A stretch of 63,916 nt of DNA, the filler included, from Octopus bimaculoides (Eukaryota), in assembly GCF_001194135.2 (NCBI RefSeq). It is 6 parts of 6 records of this genome, joined end to end, with 100 filler letters (N's around TTAATTAATTAA, not from the genome) between each part and the next. Parts side by side here need not be neighbours in the genome. Positions count along the whole stretch, not along the records: positions 34,154 to 57,979 come from NC_069005.1; 5 more parts are not named here. One strand, given 5' to 3'. This document shows, in pieces, positions 42,765 through 54,400 of the stretch (positions are counted from its first letter, which is position 1; the number at the start of each line of letters is the position of its first letter). Made by a program: the position numbers and the translations under genes. Below the pieces are notes generated by a model. The model did no database searches. It was not told the origin of the DNA and saw only the letters and a program-made list of their open reading frames with translations.

Positions 42765-43489
42765 TAGCTTATTCAAAGTAGTCGCCCTCAGTTTCCACCA
42801 CGGTCCCAAGACGACTCCGGAACCTAACACATGCGTTTCTCACTGTGTCCGTGGGAAGATCTTCAAGCACTTTCTTGGTCTTGGTCACTAGCCCGGCCAT
42901 GGTGCTGCAAGCAGTGCAGATGGTATCTTTCTCAACCGCTCCCCACACATAATAATCCATAGGATTAAAATCGAGGGAATTAGAAGTCCAGAGACTGGAG
43001 CTGGTGAAGTCGTAAAGTTTCTCCGATTTCAGACTTTCCAGAGATGTGGCAAAGAATCGAATTCGGTGGGCCACACATATGGCATTTCAGCAGAACCCTC
43101 TTCAGCCAGTTTTTGACTACAGTTTCCAGCAGCTTCATATAACCGTCTGAATTGAGCCTAAAACCCTCTTCTGGCGTGCTGGCGTAGCTAGAACGCATGT
43201 TGTGTTGTCCACGTCTTTGTATCTCCGTTACAGTTGTCCGTCACATCTTATAGCCTTTGTAATGTTCACAGAGCATTGAGCAGGAGTCATGATGTCAGTA
43301 TTTTGATACCCGACACGAATGGTTATTATAAGGGAACACTTCTCTAATATTCAGATGGCTTCCAGTCCTCCGTATCAGTAAACTTCTTCTCAATATGCTC
43401 ACCAACGCCGTTGACTGTTCACTACTACATTAAGTTGTTCATGAAAAACAGAAGACATAAAAATCGTGAAATTTATCCCGAACACCCTG
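42765..43489 (-). mobile_element. Tc1/mariner (maT/DD37D-like) element, decayed, just upstream of the first identified STC-like exon
   Basis: WTSNSLDFNPMDYYVWGAVE...NACVRFRSRLGTVVETEGDYFE*; 5' TIR TA|CAGGGTGTTCGGGATAAA. Confidence 0.85.
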
Positions 43490-43599
43490 TATGTTTGATC
43501 AGCGCTGTTTTAGGAGTAACCTATAATACAACAGCAATAGCAAAAACAACAACATCCTATATAAAGTTTTTGCATTTTTCTCTTTTCTCCATTTTTCAG

Positions 43600-43757
43600 A
43601 AATCACTGACAAATGCCTTCAATACAGTAAGGATTATGACTGCAGGTTCTATGATTGTTTAAACCAAAGGTTTCCCTGTGGTGAAAGCTCGCGAAAGGGT
43701 AAAGCGCGTGCTCATTGTGTGAAATCCAAGGAAAGAGCACATAAATTGACTGATGTG
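43600..43757 (+). CDS. Stanniocalcin-like protein, internal exon (equivalent to STC1 exon 2)
   Basis: Strong acceptor (ttttgcatttttctcttttctccatttttcag), donor GTG|gtaggt, 158 nt, phase 1 to phase 0. Translates xITDKCLQYSKDYDCRFYDCLNQRFPCGESSRKGKARAHCVKSKERAHKLTDV. Cys spacing C-8-C-4-C-6-C-12-C-13-(G) versus recalled human STC1 C-8-C-4-C-5-C-8-C-13-G. Confidence 0.85.
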
Positions 43758-43804
43758 GTAGGTCAAACTTCTGATTAGAAACGCGCGTGAGAAATAGTAA
43801 GAGA

Positions 43805-43860
<56 letters not shown>

Positions 43861-43979
43861 AGAGAAAGAGCGAGAGAAAGTGGGAAAGTGAAAGTGCGAG
43901 AGGGAGAGGGAGGATGAGAGTATGGAGAGAGAGTTAAGAGGAATGAGGATATCATGTTTCATTATCGTTATTATATCGT

Positions 43980-44250
43980 AAAGCGGCGAGCTGGCAGATA
44001 CGTTAGCACACCGGACGAAATGCTAAGCGGTATTTTGTCTGTCTTTACGTTCTGAGTTCAAATTCCGCTGAGGTCGACTTTGCCTTTCATCCTTTCGGGG
44101 TCGATAAATTAAGTACCAGTTGCGTACTGGTGTCGATCTAATCGACTGGTCCCCTCCCCCCAAATTTCCGGTCTTGTGCCTAGAGTAGAAAAAAAATCGT
44201 TAGCATGCCGGGCGAAATGCTTAGTGGTATTTCGTCTGCCGCTACATTCG
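43980..44250 (+). mobile_element. SINE family B, full length plus a partial second head, in the STC-like intron (other copies near 2320, 11114, 19025, 19230, 21660, 33810, 44500 and 48665)
   Basis: GGCGAGCTGGCAGA..GTTCTGAGTTCAAATTCC head and gaggtcgactttgcctttcatcctttcggggtcgataaattaagtaccag central module. Confidence 0.88.
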
Positions 44251-45063
44251 TAAGGCTGGCAGCACCATTTTCACCCTAGCCCTAACCCTAACACCCCCCA
44301 TACATACATACATACATACATACATCTACATAACAGTCCACTAACTATTCTACTCTACCTGTATAAACTGTGAGTATGGGGGTATGATATCTACTACGTA
44401 TATTTCCTATTTAGTACTGGGGAAGTTTCATTTATGAGGACGTACTCCTGTATTTGTCTGAGTGTTGGGTCCTTTGGGTGCGCATTTCGTCCGTCTTTCC
44501 ATTCTGCCGAGGTTGACTTTGCCTTTCATCCTTTCAGAGTGGATAAAATAAGCTCCAGCTGATCATTAGGGTCGACTAGTTTTCTCCCCCAATATTTCAG
44601 GCAATGCACCTGCAAAAGAAACGATTATTATTCATTTTGTTTTACTCAATAAATAATTAATTCTACTTCAGTTTTCTAATATTCCATACATTAAGTATAT
44701 TGACAGCCAAATTATCTTTTATTTAATAATGAGGTGGCAACCCTAACCATGCAGGACACGGTCATCAACACTGAGAGGCAAATTTCTAATTGCAATTCCA
44801 TGGTCGTTTATGACCGAAGGGGGTCTTTTTACCCTTCTTTCTCCTACACGCCAATCTTAACTTGTTATCTATTTCTTCCTCCGTGAGATTAGAGAGACCA
44901 ATTACTGGGGTCTTTGTTATCTACTTGGCATTCATTCCTCTCGAAATTACTGGTCTTGTGTTAAAATTAGACAGAATTATTATTCACTCCCACCAAATAA
45001 ATAAATAAATAATCCCTAAAACGTCAATTTTTGTTTTCACTAACCACTGTCTAATATTCACAG

Positions 45064-45290
45064 GGTAAGATCTGGATTAATAATATCATAAAATGTTTCG
45101 TGAAAGAGATGACAGAAGTTTACAAACGTCCGTCATTGGATTGTACAAAAGGCAACGCAATGGTCATGGGCATACAACAAAGGTGTTACACATCCAATGA
45201 TTTTTGTAATGTTGGTTGGGAGCACCGCAAGGAGCTGTGGAATATATTCAATGAACCCATAACCTCGTCCAAATCACATTTCTATAAAAT
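45064..45290 (+). CDS. Stanniocalcin-like protein, internal exon (equivalent to STC1 exon 3)
   Basis: Acceptor tttttgttttcactaaccactgtctaatattcacag with branch-like ctaac/ctaat, donor AT|gtaagt, 227 nt, phase 0 to phase 2. Translates GKIWINNIIKCFVKEMTEVYKRPSLDCTKGNAMVMGIQQRCYTSNDFCNVGWEHRKELWNIFNEPITSSKSHFYK. Aligns without gaps (G-9-C-15-C-13-C-6-C) to recalled STC1 GKAFVKESLKC...RRC...VQEECYSKLNVC and joins the previous exon in frame. Confidence 0.88.
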
Positions 45291-45612
45291 GTAAGTATTT
45301 GTTATTTTTGTTGTTGTTGGTGGTGGTGATAGTAATAGAGGAGGTGGTGGTGGTAGTCGTAATGATGGTTGCATTGATCGAGTGAGGGACATCTTGGTGT
45401 TGTGGAGGAACTTGTAATTATTGGTGGAGACTCCATTCAAATCCACCTGATTCTCATAGTCTGAGATTTGATGCAAAATAGAAAGCAGTTTTCCTACAGT
45501 TGCTTTCGCTTTATTTTTGCTTCTGGAATTGATATTTTCCCACCTATTGCAGAGTTGAATTTGCCTCCTGATTCAAACTGAGTTAGCACTAGACAATAAG
45601 AACAAACTCTGT

Positions 45613-45646
<34 letters not shown>

Positions 45647-46830
45647 NNNNNNNNNNNNNNNNNNNNNNNNNNNNNNNNNNNNNNNNNNNNNNNNNNNNNN
45701 NNNNNNNNNNNNNNNNNNNNNNNNNNNNNNNNNNNNNNNNNNNNNNNNNNNNNNNNNNNNNNNNNNNNNNNNNNNNNNNNNNNNNNNNNNNNNNNNNNNN
45801 NNNNNNNNNNNNNNNNNNNNNNNNNNNNNNNNNNNNNNNNNNNNNNNNNNNNNNNNNNNNNNNNNNNNNNNNNNNNNNNNNNNNNNNNNNNNNNNNNNNN
45901 NNNNNNNNNNNNNNNNNNNNNNNNNNNNNNNNNNNNNNNNNNNNNNNNNNNNNNNNNNNNNNNNNNNNNNNNNNNNNNNNNNNNNNNNNNNNNNNNNNNN
46001 NNNNNNNNNNNNNNNNNNNNNNNNNNNNNNNNNNNNNNNNNNNNNNNNNNNNNNNNNNNNNNNNNNNNNNNNNNNNNNNNNNNNNNNNNNNNNNNNNNNN
46101 NNNNNNNNNNNNNNNNNNNNNNNNNNNNNNNNNNNNNNNNNNNNNNNNNNNNNNNNNNNNNNNNNNNNNNNNNNNNNNNNNNNNNNNNNNNNNNNNNNNN
46201 NNNNNNNNNNNNNNNNNNNNNNNNNNNNNNNNNNNNNNNNNNNNNNNNNNNNNNNNNNNNNNNNNNNNNNNNNNNNNNNNNNNNNNNNNNNNNNNNNNNN
46301 NNNNNNNNNNNNNNNNNNNNNNNNNNNNNNNNNNNNNNNNNNNNNNNNNNNNNNNNNNNNNNNNNNNNNNNNNNNNNNNNNNNNNNNNNNNNNNNNNNNN
46401 NNNNNNNNNNNNNNNNNNNNNNNNNNNNNNNNNNNNNNNNNNNNNNNNNNNNNNNNNNNNNNNNNNNNNNNNNNNNNNNNNNNNNNNNNNNNNNNNNNNN
46501 NNNNNNNNNNNNNNNNNNNNNNNNNNNNNNNNNNNNNNNNNNNNNNNNNNNNNNNNNNNNNNNNNNNNNNNNNNNATATATACATATATATATATATATA
46601 TCTATATATACATAACATACATACACTTATATATATATATGCATGTATGTATGCATGTATATTGGTCTATCCAAGCAGGGAGGAACATGCAGATAAGGAA
46701 AGTAATTTAACTATCTGTAATTAAAAAAGATTAACCAATTAATAATTATGAGAAATAAAGTTTGATGCCACTTCTGCTAGATTATTGCTGTTTTTATTGT
46801 TATTGTCTGCGTTTCCTTGTTTAACCCCAG

Positions 46831-46864
46831 GGCAGCCTCGAAACGGTGCAGCTGTATTAACTGA
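46831..46864 (+). CDS. Candidate terminal coding exon of the stanniocalcin-like gene
   Basis: Acceptor gtctgcgtttccttgtttaaccccag. Phase 2 join gives (M)AASKRCSCIN*, supplying the expected tenth Cys. The N gap at 45647-46575 could hide the true exon. Confidence 0.35.
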
Positions 46865-47075
46865 TGTTCCAACCGTAACCACCACGAAATGTTTTCTCTT
46901 CAAATAGATTTTCTTAAAGTTAACAAACATTACTTGATTTGGAAATTCATCCATATTTATTTCGAAGTGTTTATTTGAATAACATAAAGAGAGGACAATC
47001 ATTGAAATAAAAAAACAAAAATTATGAACATAATAGTTAAAGCAACAATAAAATAACTACAACAAAACAACAGCA

Positions 47076-47128
<53 letters not shown>

Positions 47129-47148
47129 CATCACTGCTGCTGCTGCTG

Positions 47149-47190
<42 letters not shown>

Positions 47191-47199
47191 CGTTCAAGG

Positions 47200-47690
47200 G
47201 GAATGTTGGCCTGCCTATCAAGCCAGTGAGGTAGCATTTTTCAAAATTTAGAGCAATGCGAAACGCATCGTGACCAGCGGTGTACAATAACATCCGATAA
47301 TCTGGTCGATACCTCGATACCGTGATATATAAACATATAAAAACATAAATATAGCAAGCCTTAAACTTGTAAGCTGTGCCTTCTTTGGTGAAGAAACTTT
47401 TCATTAGACCATGGACAAGTATAACCAACCACTCTCCCTTTGCTATTAAAAAATGTCATAAATCTCATCCATCAGAACCAATACACATATCTTTTAGAAG
47501 AATATGATCTGGTTCAACCCACCGTTTAACAAAAGCGTTAAAATGTTTGTCACCAAAGCAATTCTTGTATTTAATTCACAGTCATTCCACAAACACTCCG
47601 AGCTTCATAAATAATTTACCAAGAAGCAGTTATTCCACAACTTTTGCAGCAGGAATCTTAATTTCGATAAATAGCTACAAGCGCCATCGT
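47200..47690 (-). mobile_element. Possible decayed P-element/THAP9-like transposase remnant
   Basis: Frameshifted pieces VLMDEIY, KGRVVGY, LAIFMF and DQIIGCYCT fit the order of P-type transposase motifs. Confidence 0.35.
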
Positions 47691-49840
47691 CTTAAAGGGA
47701 ATTGTGATTTTCTTTAATATTATTCANNNNNNNNNNNNNNNNNNNNNNNNNNNNNNNNNNNNNNNNNNNNNNNNNNNNNNNNNNNNNNNNNNNNNNNNNN
47801 NNNNNNNNNNNNNNNNNNNNNNNNNNNNNNNNNNNNNNNNNNNNNNNNNNNNNNNNNNNNNNNNNNNNNNNNNNNNNNNNNNNNNNNNNNNNNNNNNNNN
47901 NNNNNNNNNNNNNNNNNNNNNNNNNNNNNNNNNNNNNNNNNNNNNNNNNNNNNNNNNNNNNNNNNNNNNNNNNNNNNNNNNNNNNNNNNNNNNNNNNNNN
48001 NNNNNNNNNNNNNNNNNNNNNNNNNNNNNNNNNNNNNNNNNNNNNNNNNNNNNNNNNNNNNNNNNNNNNNNNNNNNNNNNNNNNNNNNNNNNNNNNNNNN
48101 NNNNNNNNNNNNNNNNNNNNNNNNNNNNNNNNNNNNNNNNNNNNNNNNNNNNNNNNNNNNNNNNNNNNNNNNNNNNNNNNNNNNNNNNNNNNNNNNNNNN
48201 NNNNNNNNNNNNNNNNNNNNNNNNNNNNNNNNNNNNNNNNNNNNNNNNNNNNNNNNNNNNNNNNNNNNNNNNNNNNNNNNNNNNNNNNNNNNNNNNNNNN
48301 NNNNNNNNNNNNNNNNNNNNNNNNNNNNNNNNNNNNNNNNNNNNNNNNNNNNNNNNNNNNNNNNNNNNNNNNNNNNNNNNNNNNNNNNNNNNNNNNNNNN
48401 NNNNNNNNNNNNNNNNNNNNNNNNNNNNNNNNNNNNNNNNNNNNNNNNNNNNNNNNNNNNNNNNNNNNACAAACAAACAATCATGAAGCTTATGTTTCTT
48501 ATTGATAACATTGTTGAGCTTGGCAGGATTTGACCTGAAAGTGGAGGGAACTGAAACGAATTTTGCGAATCATTCAACTCGATGCTTTATCAATTCTGCC
48601 GGTCTTCTACCTTATGAAAGATGTATCCGCTGTCAAAATTAAGAGCGTAGGCCAGACATTTATACTAATCTCAAATTTTGATTCAAAAGCAGCTATTTTG
48701 GTGGATGGTGGCCAGTCGATTACATCCAGATCCAGCGTTCAACTGGTACTTATTTTATCGACTTCTAAAAGATGAAAGGCTAAGTTGACCCCGGTGGAAT
48801 TTGAACTGAGAACGTAAAGGGATATGAAATACTACAAAGCATAAAGTCTGGCGTGCTGACGGTTCTGTCAGGTCACGAGATTAAGGTATATTTATACTAA
48901 AATATGATTTAAGCTTTAAATAACTATATAATTTGAGCACTGATTGAAGAATAATGATTTTATTTTACTTAAATTTAATCATTAGAAGCATCTCTGCTAG
49001 TGATACTCATAGAATGACTGTGTGTAAAGAGGCACTATACTTACACGTACACATACACACACACACACACACACATACACACAAACATATTCATACATAA
49101 ACCCACACATATTTAATGCACAATATACGTATTTATATAATCCGGTGGTAATCACAGAAAAATCTCCTTTAGTGGACCAGACCAAAAACTACGTAGTAAA
49201 TCAATACGTACAAGTGTAATGTAGAGTCTTTAGCAGTTGCAATGCCGTCAGTCTAATCAGGGAGGGTTATTTCATGAAGAGTATATTAACTATAAGGAAA
49301 GTCATGAGGTATGAGATGAATATATTTATTTCACCAATTGATATCCATTGGATGATAGTCATCTCGCAGCCAGCATCATTCAAAAATAATTTATTTAGTG
49401 TATAATATATTACTTTACGTGCCTGCATTAGTATGGACGCTTTAAAAGAACTATTGTACACTTTATAAAGAAACCAATGCAGATATAGAAGGCTAGCTCA
49501 TCAGATCAACAAAATATCATGATTAATCNNNNNNNNNNNNNNNNNNNNNNNNNNNNNNNNNNNNNNNNNNNNNNNNNNNNNNNNNNNNNNNNNNNNNNNN
49601 NNNNNNNNNNNNNNNNNNNNNNNNNNNNNNNNNNNNNNNNNNNNNNNNNNNNNNNNNNNNNNNNNNNNNNNNNNNNNNNNNNNNNNNNNNNNNNNNNNNN
49701 NNNNNNNNNNNNNNNNNNNNNNNNNNNNNNNNNNNNNNNNNNNNNNNNNNNNNNNNNNNNNNNNNNNNNNNNNNNNNNNNNNNNNNNNNNNNNNNNNNNN
49801 NNNNNNNNNNNNNNNNNNNNNNNATATATATATATATGTA

Positions 49841-49872
<32 letters not shown>

Positions 49873-50089
49873 TGTATGTATATACATGCATGCATTATGT
49901 GTTTTGTTCTTATTTGGATATATGCATATTATTGTGAGGTTTCACATTTTTGGACGCCAAACTTGGTCCATTGGTCCATGGGTTAGAAATTCCTCATAAA
50001 AAACTTATTTAGGTTAGAGGGATAAGAAAGTGCGTGGGAGTAATGCTTGAAATTTCGAAGTATGAATTGTTGCTTGTGCGTTAGAAGGG

Positions 50090-51850
50090 AGAAAGTTTTT
50101 CTCCCTAATATTTAAAACATTCACTGATGATGTTAGGAGATTTAGATTTTCAGTAACACAGAGCTCGCCTCTGCTGCTCCGTCCCTTGTATTTGCTGGCC
50201 TTAGCTTTAATGCTTCAGTTTATATGCGACTTCGCAAGTCTCTCTCTTTAAGTGTCTATACAATATTGGATAAAAAATGTCTTTGGTTTTACCTCTGAAC
50301 GAATCCAAATGCTGCTTACATCTTACTTTGAAGGTGTTTCCCGTCATACCAATGTAAATTTTTGCTGTTCGGTACAAATCCGTGACGCTGTACACTAATT
50401 CTTTTATCTGGCATCTATTGTGAAATTACAGGACCTTGTGGGTATGTTCCTAACGTTGTTATTTTTATTGTGGTTGAAAATAATTCACTCTTTATAGGGA
50501 AAACAACTATGGGTAACTTTGACTGTATTTCTATTGAAGATCTTATAGTGCTTATGTAACAGAGGACAGGGGTTGTCTTACGAATTTTCTAGCTGTATTC
50601 GTAGCTACATTCATGCTACCATTATACCATAAAATGTTTCATCTTCCTACCCCTTTTTGGTCTATCTACATTTGGTTCAATATAACTTACGTTACTCTTA
50701 AAACGTTGGAAGAACCTTACTGATGATATTAAGTAATTGCTTGATGTCTGACGGTGTGTCGTTAGTATCCTCATTTGATTTATGCTAGGGTTTAAATTGG
50801 TTCATATTAATGGGAGGAAATTAACTTCTTTAAAGTTAGTGTTATTTGTGGTTTTTAGGTTTGCATAACTTCTTTCTTATTTTATCCATATCGTGTTCAT
50901 ATTTGGTATATGCCACTCCAAGACCGTCGTCCCTATATATCTCCATGTCAATTTTTTTTATCTCTTTTATTAAAGAATATCTAGAATGTGAAGGCTAACC
51001 TGATTTGGTATGTCTGCACCATCGTAGCTCTTCTTAGTGACCTCAAATAACTCGTCCCCATTCTTTTTCCACAACAAAAATTATTTAAAAAATAATCACT
51101 TCCTTGCATTCATTATTATGGATATATCAGTATTAGTGACGGTCAAATGTGCTTTTGGAGCAGGTTTTGGAGATCGATGAGTCAACTCCACGATGACGAA
51201 CTGAATAAATTTGTATTTGGACTTCAATTTTATTGAAACATTCAATTTCTTTAGCCTTTTCATCTTATCTTCAATTTTCCTGATCATATCCATTGAGTAA
51301 GGTCTGAGGAACTCTTATGTGTCGTATGATCTCTAATATAGATTTGCTAATAAAGAATAATTCGCTTTTCGTGGGATTTGTCTATCTACAGCTAAGGTCT
51401 TGCTTAAAGGTTTTTGCCTTTGTGGTCTTTCAAGGTTATAAAATGTTTACGTGGAGTGGTATCTTCTACTCTATCTTTGATTTTACTTTTCATGACTAGG
51501 TTTTTTTTGCTTCAACATTGATTGAATGATAAGTGGTAGGGTTCATGTTCTTATATGCTTTGGTTATGTTATTGACTAGCAGTTTGTTATGTGTATGGTT
51601 ATTTGCCTCATAAACAACTTTTTGTTTTATCTGCTTTTATAAATGTGTTTGGGGATTTTTTAGAAAGATTCAAGTTATGTTTGTAATTTGTGTTGGAAGC
51701 TGTGAGATCTATGGTTGAATTTGACATATTAAACTAATTTTATGAGGTGGTGGGTTTTTGTAAGGTCTAAAACCCTAACTGTCCTCCGAACGAAGACTGG
51801 ACTTTATAATAAAAACTAGGCCTTCCATTTCATTCTTCGTTGGACGTTTC
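50090..51850 (-). mobile_element. Penelope-like element, decayed RT plus GIY-YIG
   Basis: EIYRDDGLGV at about 50915-50945; YIGMTGNTFKVRCKQHLDSF GIY-YIG motif at 50207-50395. Confidence 0.8.
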
Positions 51851-52844
51851 TTTTGCTTTATCAATAACATGCTTGACGTAGAAACTTGCCTGCCTGTATG
51901 CCTGTCCGCCTGATTGCCTGTCTGCTTGTCTGCTTGTATATTTGTCTGTCTCTCTATCTGACTATGTATCTTCCTTCATGTTATTGTTCTTGCAGCAGAT
52001 GCAACAGCAGCAACAGTATTATTAGTGCTAAATCTCGTCAGCAGCTGGGTACCACCTGAAATCCAACTAGCCAGCAATTACCTCACAGTCAACCACCGTG
52101 ACTTGTTTATCTCTCATGGTGGATTCTTCATGCATTTAACTCTACGAAGTAACTGACCAGCATTTGCTGACAAGTGCCACAGCATAAGCACGATTTTGGG
52201 CCCGTAAATAGTATATCTAGGGTCCATAGATGCTAGGAGGTTCCCTGCTAATTACAAGCATGGCTTTCCTTACAGTATGTGTCCACAAGAGTTCTTCGAA
52301 GGATTCTTGTTGAGAGAGATGGTGTGAATAAGCAGATGTTTTTGACTAGTTTGCCACATACTTCTAGCAGCGGTAAGAAAGTTGCAGCAGGCGGAAATCA
52401 GCGAAGACAGCGAGAACGCCAACTGTGCATTATTGTGTAAAGCTCATAATATAAGAGATTCATATATGAGCGACCCGCACTCAATATACAGAAACACAGC
52501 ATGCCAAACGTACATATATACGCTCTTATACATCCATCCTTTCACAAAAGTGTGTGCATATATATATATATATATAATAAAGACAAGTGCAGCGTGGACG
52601 AAGTTTATAAGTCATTTAAGAACACAGAAAAAAACCGTTAGATTCACTTCGACGTTTAAATGTTTTCGTGTCTTTATAAATATATACATACGCATAAACT
52701 ATTATGCCAAAGCACTATCTGTTTTTTCTGGCGAACTATACAACCCAAATTCATGACACTCACCTCTAGATTGGAAATTAAAGAAGACATTGCAATATTC
52801 AAATTTATTGAAATCCAAAAATGAATTTGATAATAATTTTAAAA

Positions 52845-53490
52845 AATCCTGGGTCCATCACTATGATCCTGAAACTAAAGTCCAGTCGAAGCAATGGAAG
52901 CATAATAACTCACCACCTTCAAAGAAGGCTCGGGACCAAGCATAAGCAGGCAAAGTGATGCTCACAGTCTTAACGGACCTGCATGGAGTAGTGATGATGG
53001 ATTTTCTAGCGAAGGGCATCACAATTAACTGGGCATATTATGCTTCTCTGCTGCAGAAATTGCGGGACAGCATCAAAGCAAAGGCGTGGCATGCTGACCA
53101 TAACATTCCGCCTCCTGTAAGACAATGTCCTGGTTCACAATGTGCATGTTGCTCAGATAAAAGCACACTGCTGCAGCTATGAAATCCTTCCTCATCCCCC
53201 TTACTCTCCCGACCTCGCACCATCGGACTTCCACCACTTTCCAATCACTAAATCTTTTTTGAAGGGGAAGCATTTTTCGGATGATGAACTTATTTTCGAT
53301 GTAAAGTCTTAGTTCCAGACGCAACCTACCGATTTCTACAGACGACGTTTTCACAGCTGCATAAAGCGATGGGAGAGGTGTGTCACCATAGGTGGTGGCC
53401 ATGTAGAGAAGGACTAATAATTATGCCAAGTTTCGTTTATCCAACTCTTTGAGATGTGAGTCGGGGGAAATCTTTAATGAACACTCTCCG
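52845..53490 (+). mobile_element. Mariner transposase 3' half with terminal TIR
   Basis: WVHHYDPETKVQSKQWKH, GKVMLTV, YYASLLQKLR, HPPYSPDLAPSDFHHF, IKRWERCVTIGGGHVEKD*; ends in ...CCG|TA. Confidence 0.9.
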
Positions 53491-53544
53491 TATATATTAT
53501 ACTATATGCGTGTGTGTGTAGAACAAAACTAATAAAGATATGTA

Positions 53545-53609
<65 letters not shown>

Positions 53610-54027
53610 CACACACAGACATACACAGAAGCGCAGGCATAATTAAGTGGTAAGTAGCATGCTTTCCAAACTCATGGTTTCGAGTTCAGTCTTACTGCGT
53701 AGCACATCGGGCATGTGTGTTCTACTATAGCCTCGAGCCTCCCAAAGGCTTGTGAGTAGATTTGGTAGGAAGAAACTGAAACAGCCCACTGTACATACAT
53801 ACATACATACATACATACATACATACATACATACATACATACATACATAAACACACCTACATACATGTCAGTACATAGACTTGTGCTTCTTTGCAGCTAA
53901 GAGGGTTTTTGCCTTATATTTTATCAATGTAGGTGCTGCCCTGCTTCGCCAGTCACAATTAGACAATTAAATTATTCCGTTTTGGTTTTATATTGCTTAA
54001 AACCGACTTCGTTATTTTATATACATA

Positions 54028-54400
54028 TTAGGTTATCCGGAATATTCTGAGTGTTTTTTAATATGCCAAATGGGCTATAAATGTTTGACCTTTCAATAAA
54101 TGTTATTCAATGAAATAATTTCCATTATCAATGACAATATTCGTCTGTGGTTGCTGTTTTGGGGGATCATTACGCAAACTCCAGGATCTTTTCTGCACTA
54201 AGTTTTCGTACACAATCCATTTTTCATCTCCCGTCACAAGTTGTTTAAAAAAAGGTATGCTTTTATTCCGTTTCAAAAGCATATCACAAACGGAATACCG
54301 GTCCAAGCAATTCTTTTCTGAGAGTTTGTAAGGGACCTGTAGCAAAATCATAAGAGGCGGAGAGAGAACGTAAGTTCGTTTGCCCGAACATTAGAAATTA
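54028..54400 (-). mobile_element. Mariner fragment
   Basis: LLKRNKSIPFFKQLVTGDEKWIVYEN motif; TIR-like TTAGGTTATCCGGAA at the left end. Confidence 0.8.

Noticed and set aside
44272-44296. CCCTAG/CCCTAA telomere-like hexamers
   Set aside because: Only about three imperfect units, too short to call an interstitial telomere.
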